Below, one piece after another: positions 14,160 through 26,039 of a DNA stretch of 64,000 nucleotides (positions are counted from its first letter, which is position 1; each line of letters begins with the position of its first letter). The stretch is from Octopus sinensis. Lineage: Eukaryota. Where the stretch lies: the NCBI RefSeq assembly GCF_006345805.1, contig NC_043012.1, positions 27,342,001 to 27,406,000 of the forward strand, read 5' to 3'. The position numbers and the translations under genes are program-made. The notes under the pieces are model-generated. The model was not told where the DNA came from, did no database searches, and was given only the letters and a program-made list of their open reading frames with translations.

Positions 14160-15790
14160 CCTCCTAAAAGAAGCTGATAAGGGAGGGGCAATAGTAATTA
14201 TGGACAAGAACTACTATAGAGATAAAATATTGGAAATGTTAACAAACCAAACCTACTACAAGGAAGAACCAAGACACTCAGAAAAAAACAATAATGAATA
14301 AAATTAGAAGATTAATCAATGAATTCCAAGATGTCATCACAGACAAGGAGAAAGATTATATATGTAACTCTGTAATCAAAGAGAGCAATATCTACGGATT
14401 ACCCCAAATCCACAAAGTGCCATAAATAAGCAGAAGAACCAGTACGTAAAAATACTAAGGCCTGCTGACCTCAAATTAAGACCAACAGTTGCTGGACCTC
14501 AAGCACCATCACAACAACTAAGTCATTTTTTTAGATATACACCTAAAACCTTTGTGCCCTTTAATACCCAGTTATGGCATAGATTTCATCCAACACATCC
14601 CTCCCATTGTTGCAGAAGGTACTATACTCACAAGTTTTGATGTCACCAATCTCTATACTAATATATCTCACACTTTAGGCCTCGAAGCAATAAAACACTG
14701 GGTAGAGAAACAGAGAGGACGGATAAATGAATGCTTCAAGACTGACTTCATCACCAAGGCCACATGCCTAGTACTAGAAGAAAATACCTTTAGATTCGAC
14801 AGTAAAAAATATCGACATATAAAGGGCACAGCTATGGATACATGGTTTGCACCCTCATATGCAATCTTAGTTATGGGATACTTGGAAGAAAAGCTTTATG
14901 AGGAAGTAGAAAAAACTTTTGATCAGGAGTACAAGAAATCATCGTCGTCGTCATCATCATCATCATTTAACGTTCGTTTTCTATGCTAGCATGGGTTGGA
15001 CGGTTCGACCGGGGTCTGGGAAGCCAGGAGGCTACACCAGGCTCCAGTCTGATTTGGCAGTGTTTCTACAGCTGGATGCCCTTCCTAATGTCAACCACTC
15101 TGTGAGTGTAGTGGAAATGCTTCCTTGATGGTTGCTTCATATTCTGAGATAAATTGAATGAAGATCTAAATATATTTAACAATATACTGAACACACTTCA
15201 CCCATCCATCAAATTCATGACAGAATCCATTTGCAATGAACTACCATTCCTAGATATCCACATAAAAATACAGAACTCCAAAGTCACAACAGACTTAATT
15301 TACAAAAGAAATGACACACACCAATATTTAAATCTCTACTCTTGTCATCCATCACACATCAAAAGAAAAATCCCATACAGCATGGCAAGATGCATTTGTG
15401 CTATAGTGATTGACCCCAAAATATGTGAAATCTAACTCAACAAACTCAAAGGCTTCCTCACAATGCAGAAATGCCCCTTAGGATTAATTAATGAGGGAAT
15501 TAAAAAGGCGATGAAACTGAACTACGGACACCTAAGGAAAAAGTTAATGAAAATATGATTCTATTCCTTAATACACACAGCCCTGGAATAACCAACATCT
15601 TTCTTGCCATAAAATTGAACTTATCTATACACCTACAAAGCCCCAAAATGAAAAATCTGATTGAAAAACACATCTTATGGAATAGCAGACACCAACCAAA
15701 AAATCTTAAAAAACACCTCACAAGGGTAGAATTCAAATCAGAAAATGAATCAGAATTTTTAGTAAAAGAATGTGGAACATGCAACAACAT
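14160..15790 (+). mobile_element. Penelope-like element, decayed RT
   Basis: EADKGGAIVIMD, RPTVAGP, SFDVTNLYTNI, GTAM..FAPSYAILVMGYLEE, ELPFLDI, SCHPSHIKRKIPYS; interrupted by an RTE 3' fragment at 14941-15112. Confidence 0.88.
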
Positions 15791-16090
15791 GAACGACTTC
15801 AAATACTTGGAAAGTGCAGTTCTATATTTAAGAGATGAGGAATTACATACATTATTTACAGTTGACAGATATTTGTCCTCGTCTTGTTCGTTGTTAACAC
15901 AATGTTTTGGCTGATATACACTCCAGCCTTCATCAGGTGTTTTGGGGAAATTTCATACCTGTGTTCTCATTCCTAAGGTATTTTTTATGTTATTATTATT
16001 ATTGTTATTATTATTCAGGTCACTGCCTGGAATCGAACTCAGGATCTAGGGGTTAGTAGTCTGCACTCTTAACCACTACACCATATGAAC
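15790..16090 (-). mobile_element. tRNA-headed short element carrying a hammerhead motif
   Basis: Minus strand: TGGTGTAGTGG (A box)..GAGTTCGATTCC (B box), (AAT)n spacer, then hammerhead core. Confidence 0.7.
15896..15941 (-). ncRNA. Minimal type I hammerhead ribozyme motif, mutated
   Basis: AACAC-CTGATGA-A-GGCTG[loop]CAGCC-AAAAC-ATT-GTGTT; two G>A changes versus GAAAC-GTT, both in a CpG context. Confidence 0.75.
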
Positions 16091-16626
16091 AGGAGATAAA
16101 CAGAAAGCAAACACAGTATGATACTCAAATATTTGCTGGTATATTTTAACAGTTATGCTTCCTGTTCATTTCTGACATTTACATTTAATACAGAAATATT
16201 TTCATGCAACAAAATTAGCTTACTGAAAAAGATATTTAACTTAAGTATCATAAAATATAAAAATATTTTGTTATGAATACTTTTTCATGTCTTTGAAAGT
16301 ATATAACAGATCAATTTAGAAAACAGAAATATGACAGTCTATACACTTCTTGCTGTATTCAACTAACTTTTTTGCAAAAAAATTATATTCAGTGGTAACT
16401 GAATGACCTTTACTCATGATGTACATTCAAAATTATTATCTAATGAGAAAAAGCATTTTCTCCCATTACAAACATGATAAATCTACCATAGCATTAATAT
16501 GTGATGTGGGTTCTACTTGTACTTGATATTCACTTTCCTTTTACATTTTGCTAATTTTTGTGTATGTACATATGCTCATAGTTAACATAGATAAATATAT
16601 TAAGTGATTCATAAGAGGTTACTTAC

Positions 16627-16751
16627 CCGAAGGAGGTTATTACTGAGTGTGAGAACCTCAAGCTTTTGTAGATCTTGAATATCTTCAGGAATCTTGGATA
16701 GTTGATTTGTACCTAGATTTAACTCTACCATATTTAACCAAGTTCCAATGT
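16627..16751 (-). CDS. SHOC2: SHOC2 coding exon ((D)[41 protein letters not shown])
   Basis: AG acceptor 16753-16752, GTAAGT donor at 16626; 125 nt, phase 1 to phase 0; matches recalled SHOC2 [42 protein letters not shown]. Confidence 0.95.
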
Positions 16752-16844
16752 CTGAATATGCAGAAAGAATAAAACAATTTAATTTTAAAATACCATTAAT
16801 TAATAAAATAAATATTAAGAATAAATTGTGATTATAAAACTTAC

Positions 16845-16959
16845 CCAAAGGTAATGATGTTAACTGATTGTCTTTCATATTGAGCTTTGTCAAATATTGG
16901 GCCCGAGAAAATATACCATAAGGAATTTTGTTTATTTGATTCTGTTCCAGGTTGATTGA
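16845..16959 (-). CDS. SHOC2: SHOC2 coding exon ([39 protein letters not shown])
   Basis: AG acceptor 16961-16960, GTAAGT donor at 16844; 115 nt; 93-bp intron to next exon; matches recalled SHOC2 [39 protein letters not shown]. Confidence 0.95.
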
Positions 16960-17294
16960 CTAAAATAAAAAAAATGATTATGTTATAATAATGAATAAAA
17001 ACGTATTTGAAACAAATTAAATATTTCTATAGACACTGTTATAGTAATTGCAGCAGCTTAGGTGGTAGACTTAATCCATCACCTAGTTTAAACATACCAC
17101 TTGGTTCTTGGGTGCATTTACTAAAGTTAACTCTTTCCATACACAGAGTCAAGTTCATAAGTGTTTTGTGAGTAAAAATCAGTATGATGAAGATGCTATA
17201 TCTCACTAAGGAACTGAAAAGGACCGGCAATACGCAGTACTACAGAAGATCTGTCCACCTGCAATAAAACATCCTCTCACACAAGGGTAGTGTT

Positions 17295-17500
17295 TAAGAA
17301 GCATAGCAGAATCATTAGCACACTAGGCAAAGTGCTTAATCGCATTTTGCCCAACTTCACATTCTGAGTTCAAATTCCATTGAGGTTGAGTTTGCCTTTC
17401 ATCCTTTTAGAGATAATAAAGTAAGTACCAGTTGGGATTGATGTAACTGACTTATCCACCCCCCTGAAATTGCTGGCCTTGTAACAAAATTTGAAACCAA
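17295..17500 (+). mobile_element. SINE, second family
   Basis: GTTCAAATTCC..TTTGCCTTTCATCCTTT..AAGTACCAGTT core shared with 43570-43785 and 45375-45595. Confidence 0.7.
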
Positions 17501-17519
17501 TATATGTGTGTGTGCGCGT

Positions 17520-19790
17520 GTATGCTCCACATGCCAGAATCACAGACGCTCAGAAGGACTACTCCTATGAATCTCTTCTGAGAACTACCTCAATGATGAA
17601 AGACAACGACATTCTTATCATAGTAAGGGACTTCAATGAATATATTGGACAACACTCTGATGGATTTTGGGGCGCACATAATGGCCATAGCTTTGGCTCC
17701 AGAAATGAGGAAGAGACGAAACTGCTGGAGTTTTGCGATGCCCATGACTTACAGGTCTGTAACACTAACCATCTGATCATTTATCAATCTGGGGGACACA
17801 CCAGCCAGATTGATTACATCCTTACAAAACACAGGGATAGATATATGCTCATAAATGCAAAATCCTTCCCAGGAGAAGAATGTACAACTCAGCATAAGCT
17901 TAAAACCAAAACTATCCCGAGATGTAAGCCAATATGAAAAAGGAGGCTGTGGAAGCTGAAAGATCCTTCAAATGGGCAGAGAATTAGAGATGTCCTCAAT
18001 GAGGCTTATGATGAGAAGGAGGGAGAGAGAGACATATGATACAGAAGACAACTGGAGGTTCCTAAGGGATCATCTACTAAGGGCAACAGACCAAATCTAT
18101 GGTTGGAGCAAAGTTCCTGCCAGACCAAGAGTGACATGGTGGTGGAACAGTGATGTTGACAGGGACATAAAAGAGAAAAGATGGAGTGGCGATAGAGAAT
18201 CTTATCAGAAAGCTAAAAAGGAGGCTAGACATCAAGTCTATCTAGCTAGAGTAGAAACAGAAAAGAAGAGATTTGCCAAATTCCTACAGCAGAGATTTGA
18301 AGTGTTCCAGATTGTCAGACAATGTGTCAGTGATAATCAGGATATTGTAGGAGATCAATGTGTATGGACAGATAATGGCATGCTTGCACTCAATGTGATG
18401 AAAGGAGTCTCTCTCATGTGAGCTCAATAGAGGGACTAACTATCTTAGTGAACTAAGGCAGTTAAAAACATGAAAACTGGGAAAGCTCTTGGTCCATCTG
18501 GAATCACAGCTGAGATGCTCAAAATATCTGGTAAGGCAGGACACAAGCTGGTGACCAAACCGCCCAAACCCGCCCGTATTTACCTATTCATATTTAAATG
18601 AGAATATCAGAGCAAATCTCTTTAGTACATTCGTGAAAACACGTGATTATACTTCGTAAACAGTTCATCTACAGTTTTGTACAACGATCGACGCGTAATT
18701 TTAATTCCCTGAATTTTGGGAGATTTTTTTCCACATTTTTTTCGGCATCGATTTTTCTTCAACTTTGAAAATTGATAGGAGTTTCATGTTATCAAGCATT
18801 GATTCTGAATTGGAAAATTTGTGAAGCAAATACTGGGTACTGTTATGGATTTAGTTTTTATACAAGGAAACTAATGCTAGTCAGCATGGCTTAGGGTATG
18901 ATGTGATCTGGAAGTTATTGTTTGAAGCGATCAATGTGGAAACAAACTTACGCAGAATGTAAACAAACACAAAATGGGGGTTCAAATTTTGGAAAAATTG
19001 TGAAGCAAATACTGGGTACTGTGTGGATTTAGTTTTTATACAGGGAAAATAATGTTAGTCAGCATGGCCTAGGAAACGATGTGGTCTGGAATTTATCATT
19101 TCCATACCATAACCAGGGCCGTATATTATTTTTTGATCGATTTCTTTAGTTCGGTCAAACTTGCGGTGGATTCCAGTATTTCACTTTATTCCACCTTTAT
19201 GGTACACCTGTTGTGCATTAAATTCAACTGATGATATAGTGATGTGCACAATTCTTCTTTATCAAAATGTTGTTGTATACCCATTTGAATATTAGCTGAT
19301 GATTCATTTTCTATGGTGATGTTTAAACAAAATTTTAATATTTTTACCTTTTGCTCAATTTAAAATTTTAATATTTTTACCTTTTGCTCAATTTACCTGG
19401 ATTTACCTGTAATTAAAGTCACTTTGAGACAAAAGTTATGCAATAGAATTGATTAAGAACCCTTTCTTTAATTATGTTCCAAATATCACATTAATATGTT
19501 GATAAGTAAAAAAGTTACAGTTATTTAATGAAACAAGCCTAGATTCATGATTATTTTAGAATTTAATTGAAACACATGAGGGGTGTATTTTGGTCAGAAA
19601 TATAGTAACGAAAGGGTTAATCAGGTCATTCAGGAAGATGTAATACCCAGAGACTGGCATAGCAGCATAACTGTTAGCTGCTACAAGGGTAAGGGTGATG
19701 TGTTAAATAGAAGTAAATATAGAGGTGTCTAACTCCTGGATCAGGTGATGCAAATTACAGAGAGTTACTGCCCAATTAATTAGGAATGAC
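17520..19790 (+). mobile_element. Degenerate RTE LINE (APE endonuclease to start of RT), split by piggyBac derivative
   Basis: YAP..DFNEYIG..RNEE..SQIDYIL, TWWWN, GKALGPSGITAEMLK, resuming after 19617 with YKGKGD..YRG. Confidence 0.85.
18554..19616 (+). mobile_element. piggyBac derivative of the same family, one TIR lost
   Basis: Ends GTAACGAAAGGG-TTAA; both subterminal regions are reverse complements of those in 11388-12430; different internal content. Confidence 0.85.
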
Positions 19791-19799
19791 CAACTTTGG

Positions 19800-20290
19800 A
19801 GTGTATCTGGCTCTGTCGAGGATAGACTCATAAATCGATGTCAAAATCCACAGTCATTTATGGCTTGAGCAGCTGTGATAGCTACTGGAAGGTCTACCCT
19901 CATTTTTGTGCCCAGCAATACACTAACAACATTCTGGAAGCTAAACTGCTGCTACGGGTGAATGAGCACTTTGAAGGCACACCTTGGAGCCCCCTACACG
20001 ACTCAGCACCATCCCACAGCTCCAAACAGATACAACACTGGATTCAGAAAAACATTCTGTCATTCATAGGCAAAGATGTATGGCCCTCAAGAAGCCAAAA
20101 TTTCAAACAGTTGGATTTTTCTGTTTGGTCCATTTTGGAGCAAACATTTCTCATGTTTTGCTCGATGCTCCAAAGGCAAAACTACACCAGGAATGAACTT
20201 TCATTCGGCAAGAACAGCTGCCTGTTGCATGGACAGCATTCACACCTAAACTTAAGGCTGGGATTTGAAACAGAGGTAGTCAATTTTCCA
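19800..20290 (+). mobile_element. Tc1/mariner-superfamily transposase remnant (DD37D/maT-like catalytic region)
   Basis: HDSAPSHSSKQIQHWI..VWPSRSQNFKQLDFSVWSILE resembles QDxAPxH..WPxxSPDLNPLDFxVW. Confidence 0.7.
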
Positions 20291-20384
20291 TTCTTCCTGA
20301 GTGCCAAACTAATACACTTGCTTTTTGTTCCTTTGTCTGTCTTTGTCTTTTGTTTTTCACATTTGAACTATATATATATATATA

Positions 20385-20773
20385 TTCTTTACTTCTTTCA
20401 GTCATTTGACTGTGCCCATTTGACTGGAGCACCGCCTTTACTTGAACAAATTGACCCCAGGACTTATTCTTTGGAAGCCAAGTACTTATTCTATCGGTCT
20501 CTTTTGCTGAACCACTAAGTTATAGGGATGTAAACACACCAGTATCAGTTGTCAAGCAATGTTGGGGGGTGGGGGACAAACACAAACACACATATATACA
20601 TATACATATGTATGACGGGCTTCTTTCAGATTCCGTCTACCAAATTCACTCACAAGGCTTTGGTCGACCCGAGGCTATAGTAGAAGACATTTGCCCAAGG
20701 TGCCACGCAGTGGGAATGCACTCGGAACCATGTGATTGGTAAGCAAGCTACTTACCGCACAGCCACTCCTGTG

Positions 20774-20775
<2 letters not shown>
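20385..20775 (-). mobile_element. tRNA-derived SINE (same family as 2090-2490)
   Basis: Reverse-complement similarity to head and tail of 2090-2490. Confidence 0.8.
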
Positions 20776-20806
<31 letters not shown>

Positions 20807-20929
20807 GAATAAAATTTTTAGTAGAAGATTAAAATTTTGGTACATTAGTTACATTAAAAAAAACAGTAGAATAAAAGGAAGTTACTTTAATAGGTGTGGA
20901 AAAGGAAATACAAGTAGAAGATAAAAGAT

Positions 20930-21351
20930 ATTATAAAAATACAACCATGTAAAGATAGAACTCTTTGTTCATAAAATCTACATATGTACACATGTATATA
21001 TACACATACATATACAAATATATATATATATATATTTATATACATATATATATACATGCACACACATACACATGCATACACGCACACACACGTATATGTA
21101 CCCATGCATGCATTATTATGCTCATATACTGGTCTCTACATGTACACATATACACATATACATGCATATAAATGAATAGAAACACATACATATAAATATG
21201 ATAATACATACACATGTACATATATAAGTAAATATAACTTCATATTCACAAAGCAAAAAGTTTACATTTATCTTAGAACTTATATAAATAAAAATACTCA
21301 TATAGACATGTGCATGACAATCACTCTTCAGCAAACGGCTATAGTCTTACA

Positions 21352-21414
<63 letters not shown>

Positions 21415-22345
21415 TTGTACATATATACACAATCACGCATATACACATCTGATATATGCTTATACATACAAATACATATAAAACTATATAAGAAATGCTA
21501 AGCCACATAAAAGGCCTGTACATGGACACAATATAAAAAGCAGGTTCTATCTGTGATCTTGATGGGCCCAAAAGCATAACAAGTATTTTGTCATATTTGG
21601 ACATAATCCAAAAAGTTCAGTTCTTGAATTTAGACATGTAGCAGGGTCTAAAGATCTTTTCCAGATGAGCCATCTTTCCATATTGCAAAGATCGCACTTT
21701 CCACTGCCGTTGATGTAAGGTTTACATTTAGTGAAGATCTTCCAGTGAATCTTATAGCTGACACCTTGTTCTTTTAAGGACCATATATAACTGGATAATT
21801 TTGTTGTTTTTCTTTTATCCCAGTGTCTGAAGCTTAAGGTGTGATTATTGAACCTGGCTTTAAAATTTCCATCTGTGAGACCCACATATTTCTTTGACGA
21901 AACTGTGTCTTTAGAGGTCATAGAATCTATGGTGGTTTCATAAATGAGTATTTTTATATATATAAGTTCTAAGATAAACGTAAACTTTTTGCTTTGTGAA
22001 TATGAAGTTATAAATACTTATATATGTATGGTGTATGTATTTTCATATTTATGTGTATATGTGTTTCTATGCATATATATGTATATGTGTGTGCATGTAG
22101 AGATCAGTATATGAGCATAATAATGCATGCATGGGTACATATATGTGCGTGAGTGCATGTGTATGTGTGTGCATATGTAGATTTTATGAACGAAGATTTC
22201 TATCTTTATGTAGTTGTATTTTTATTTCCTTTTTCCTGCTATTCAAATTTTTTTCAAAGCGTTTTTTTTTAAATAACTGATGAGGATGTCTTTTAGCCCC
22301 GGCATCTGAAACAGTATTATTATGACAACTAACTGATCATCCTTT
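20930..22345 (-). mobile_element. 5'-truncated Penelope-like element: GIY-YIG endonuclease C-terminus with inverted terminal arms
   Basis: ORF 21547..21921 KKYVGLTDGNFKARFNNH..TKLSSYIWSLK..CDLCNME..LNSRTE; arms about 20930-21303 and 21943-22230 are reverse complements. Confidence 0.85.
22272..22321 (+). ncRNA. Minimal hammerhead ribozyme motif
   Basis: AATAA-CTGATGA-GGATGTC[10 nt]GGCATCT-GAAAC-A-GTA-TTATT; stems I and II pair, stem III loop only 1 nt. Confidence 0.75.
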
Positions 22346-22372
22346 ATTTTATATATATATATATATATGGAT

Positions 22373-25010
22373 ATCATCATCATCATCATCGTTTAACGTC
22401 TGCTTTCCATGCTTTCCAGATGATTTGACTGAGATCTGGCCAACCAGATGGCTGCACCAGGCTCCAATCTGATCTGGCAGACTTTCTACAGCTGGATGCC
22501 CTTCCTAATGCCAATCACTTCGAGTGTAGTGGGTGCTTTTATATGCCACTGGTAAGAGGGCCAGTCAGGCGATACTGGCAATGGCCATGTTCAAATGGTG
22601 CCTTTCATGTGCCACCTGCACAGGAGCCAGTGCAGTGGCACTGGCAACAACCTCACTCTAATGTTTTTTCACATGCCACCAGCACAAGTGCCAGTAAAGC
22701 GATGCGGGTAACAATCGTGCTCGAATGGTGCTTTTTATGTGCCACCAGCACGGAAGGCAGTTTCTAGCTCTGGCAACGATCATGCTCGTATGGTACTCTA
22801 AGCGCTCCACTAGCATGGATGCCAGTCATCAAATTTGATTTCGATTTCACTTGCCTCAACAGGTCTTCGCAAGCAGAGTTTAGTGTCCAAAGAAGGAAAG
22901 GTATGCATAAGTGGGCTGGTTACACCCATGGCATAGGCCATAAGGTTATGGACTCACTTGGCTTGCCGAGTCTTCTCAAGCACAGCATATTTCCAAAGGT
23001 CACGGTCACTAGTCATTGCCTTGGTGAGGCCCAATGTTTGAAGGTCATGCTTCACCATTTCATCCCAGGTCTACCTCTTCTACAAGTTCCCTCAACCGCT
23101 AGGGTGTGGCACTTTTTCACCCAGCTATCCACATCCATTCTCACCACATGACCTTACCAGTGCAGATGTCTCTCTTGCACACCACATCTGATGCTTCTTA
23201 GGTCCAACTTTTCTCTCAAGGTACTAACACTCTGTCAAGTATGCACACTGACATTACACATCCATCAGATCATACTGGCTTCAATCCTTGCGAGCTTACG
23301 CATATCCTCAGCAGTCACTGTCCAGGTTTCACTGCCATGTAGCATGGCTGTTTGAACACATGGGTCATACAATCTACCTTTTACTCTGAGTGAGAGGCCC
23401 TTTGTCACCAGCAGAGGTAGGAGCTCTCTGAACTTTGTCCAGGCTATTCTTACTCTAGCTGTTACACTTTTAGCACACCCTCCTCTGCTACTGACTTGGT
23501 CACCTAGGTAACGGAAGCTGTCGACTACTTCTAGTTTTTCTCCCTGCAATGTGTTTATTGCTCCTGAGCATCTGCCACATACAAAACTATCTTCCCAGTT
23601 AGCCTTCCTTTGATATTGCTGCACCTCTTATGTGTCCATAGCTTACAGTGGGTACATCTACCTACTCCTTTTCTACAGATCAAGCAGGGCCAACTACCTG
23701 AAGGGATTTGAGGTTTACCTGCCTTCCTACTTATTAAGACTTCGGTTTTGGCTAGGTTGACTCTAAGGCCCTTCGATTCTAATCCTTGTTTCCACATCTG
23801 AAACTTCTCCTCCAGTTCTGATAGTGACTCAGCAATTAGAGCATGGTTGTCAGCATAGAGCAGCTCCCAGGGGCATCCTGTCTTGAATTCCTCCGTTATT
23901 GCCTGGAGGATTATGATAAATAGGAGGGGGCTGAGGACTGAACCTTCGTGGACCCCTACCTCTACCCAGAATTCTTCACTGTACTCCTTGCCAACCCTCA
24001 CCTTACTGACAGTGTCCCTGTACATGGCTCACACAGCTCTCACTAACCATTCATCTATCCCTAGTTTCCTTATTTAACCATCAGATAAGGGATCGGGGGA
24101 CCCTGTCAAAGGCTTTCTCCATGTCAATGAAAGCCAGGTACAGGGGTTTATCTTTGGCTAGGTATTTCTCCTGCAGCTGTCTTATCAGAAATATAGCATC
24201 AGTGGTGCTTTTTACCCTGGCACAAACCCAAACTGCATCTCATCTAAACTGACTCTCTCCCTAATTAGTTGGGCTATGACCCTCTCTGTGACCTTCACTA
24301 CCTGATCCAACAACTCGATACCTCTGTAATTATTTGTATCCAAATAATCACCTTTACCTTTGTAGCAGTTGACTATGGTGTTGCTACACCAGTCATTGGG
24401 TATGACTCTTTCATGTATCACCTGGTTAACTATATGGGTGACTAGGCAATAGCCGATACTACCAGATATTTTGAGCATCTCTGCAGCGATTCCTGATGGG
24501 CCTGGGGCTTTCCCTGTCTTCATACCTTTAATTGCTTTATCTACCAAGGTACTGTCAACTCGGATAGCTGGTCCCTCTGTTGGGTCGACATTCGGCAGAC
24601 TCTCTTTCTCTCATTCATTTTCTTTATTGAGCAACCTTTCATAGTGGCATCTCCAAACCTCTCTCTTTGCAGCCACACTTAGTGCAAGAGAACCATCATC
24701 CATGCAGACACATTTCTCTCCTACAACATCACGATTCTCTCTCACACACTGTCTTGCAACATGAAATGCCTAAAGTCTTTGGTCCTCACGGCAAATTTTT
24801 TCTTATCTGCTTCCCTTCTGGCTAAATAAATCTGTCTCCTAGCTTCCCTTCTGGCAGTCTGATACAATTCCCTGTTACCACCATTCTTTCAGTCCTTCCA
24901 AGCCTGTTTCTTTTCTCTAATAGCCTTGTCAACAACATTGTTCCACCACCACATTATTTCGGGTTGAGAGGAGACTGTGCACCATCCACAGATCTGGTCA
25001 GTGGCTCACA
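22373..25010 (-). mobile_element. RTE LINE, 5'-truncated, frameshifted
   Basis: ORFs 24212..24547, 23555..24025, 23265..23624 give RT motifs (GKAPGPSGI, QFGFVPG, ELLYAD, FRYLG); (CAT)n tail. Confidence 0.92.
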
Positions 25011-25539
25011 GCATAAACCTGATATACAGACCCCCCTCCCCACACACTCTCTCACAAGACAATGATAAAAAAAATCCAGACAATTTTTAGAAAAATAACA
25101 TTTACCCCCGCCCTTGAAGTGGCCACCCGGGCTTGCCATTTCTAAAAGCCAAGAATCACTTCCAATTGAAAGAACTGACTAGCTGCAAAGATGTCAACAC
25201 ATTTTTTTCTTCTTTCTCTCTTCCTTCTTCCTTTCGTTCTCTTTTCCATTGACACTCCTTTCAGATACAAAAGCACACGCACTCTCTCTCACTTTCTCCC
25301 CATTCCTCATTCCCCTCTTGTACTATCTTATATCTCTCTCCACCCCGACACACTCAACTATAAAAAGAGACAAAATTCCTAAATAAGTCCAATTTCACGA
25401 TTCCACTAGAGTGGATGCAAGCGCTAATATATGATTTATAAAAATATGTGACATATCTGTAAATATAAAACCATCCAGATTTCTGAGTACCTTATTTCTT
25501 CTAATATATAATACCTGTACATCGTCTCTAAACCTTCTA

Positions 25540-25578
<39 letters not shown>

Positions 25579-25579
<1 letters not shown>

Positions 25580-25953
25580 TAGCAGTATCGCCCGGCGTTG
25601 CTCAGGTTTGTAAGGGAAATAACTATAAAGCATTTTTAGAGAGTTATAGCCCAAAAATAGCAAAAAAATGGAAAAAAAATGATGGTAAATTTTTTTTGAG
25701 AGTTAAAAAAGGTGGAGTTGCGTCCCCTAGACGGTCTGTGGTTTGGGTTTCTGATTCTCGACCCCATGTCGAATTTATCGATTTTTTTCAGAACTGGGGG
25801 AACTTTTCAAAATTTTCGCTGCGTTAGTTTTGAATTATGACATTGGGCTATGTGTGTGTCAAGTTTCATCAGAATCGGTTGAAAGCCGTGGTCAGAGTGA
25901 GGGTACGAGAAAACAGACACACAGAAAACGCACAGACAAACTGCCGTTTATAT

Positions 25954-25956
<3 letters not shown>
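25579..25956 (-). mobile_element. Non-autonomous Helitron
   Basis: Minus strand starts TC, ends hairpin (CCTGAGCAACGCCGGG) then CTAG; sits between A and T inside a (TA)n array. Confidence 0.75.
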
Positions 25957-25995
<39 letters not shown>

Positions 25996-26039
25996 ATATA
26001 CTAGCAGCTAACCCCCATCCCGCCAGCCACCTGCATTTC

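Noticed and set aside
16021-16090. Functional tRNA gene
   Set aside because: A and B boxes present but no convincing acceptor stem; it continues into repeat sequence, so treated as a SINE head
16609-16893. 94-aa ORF as a single-exon LRR protein
   Set aside because: It reads through a 93-bp stop-free GT-AG intron; the spliced product matches SHOC2 without the insert. In-frame intron retention is possible but unsupported
20887-21604. Many YIYI/CVCV/HTHT ORFs (also near 2042-2987, 33447-33692, 56590-57559, 60072-60468, 62553-62888)
   Set aside because: Translations of (TA)n/(CA)n microsatellites
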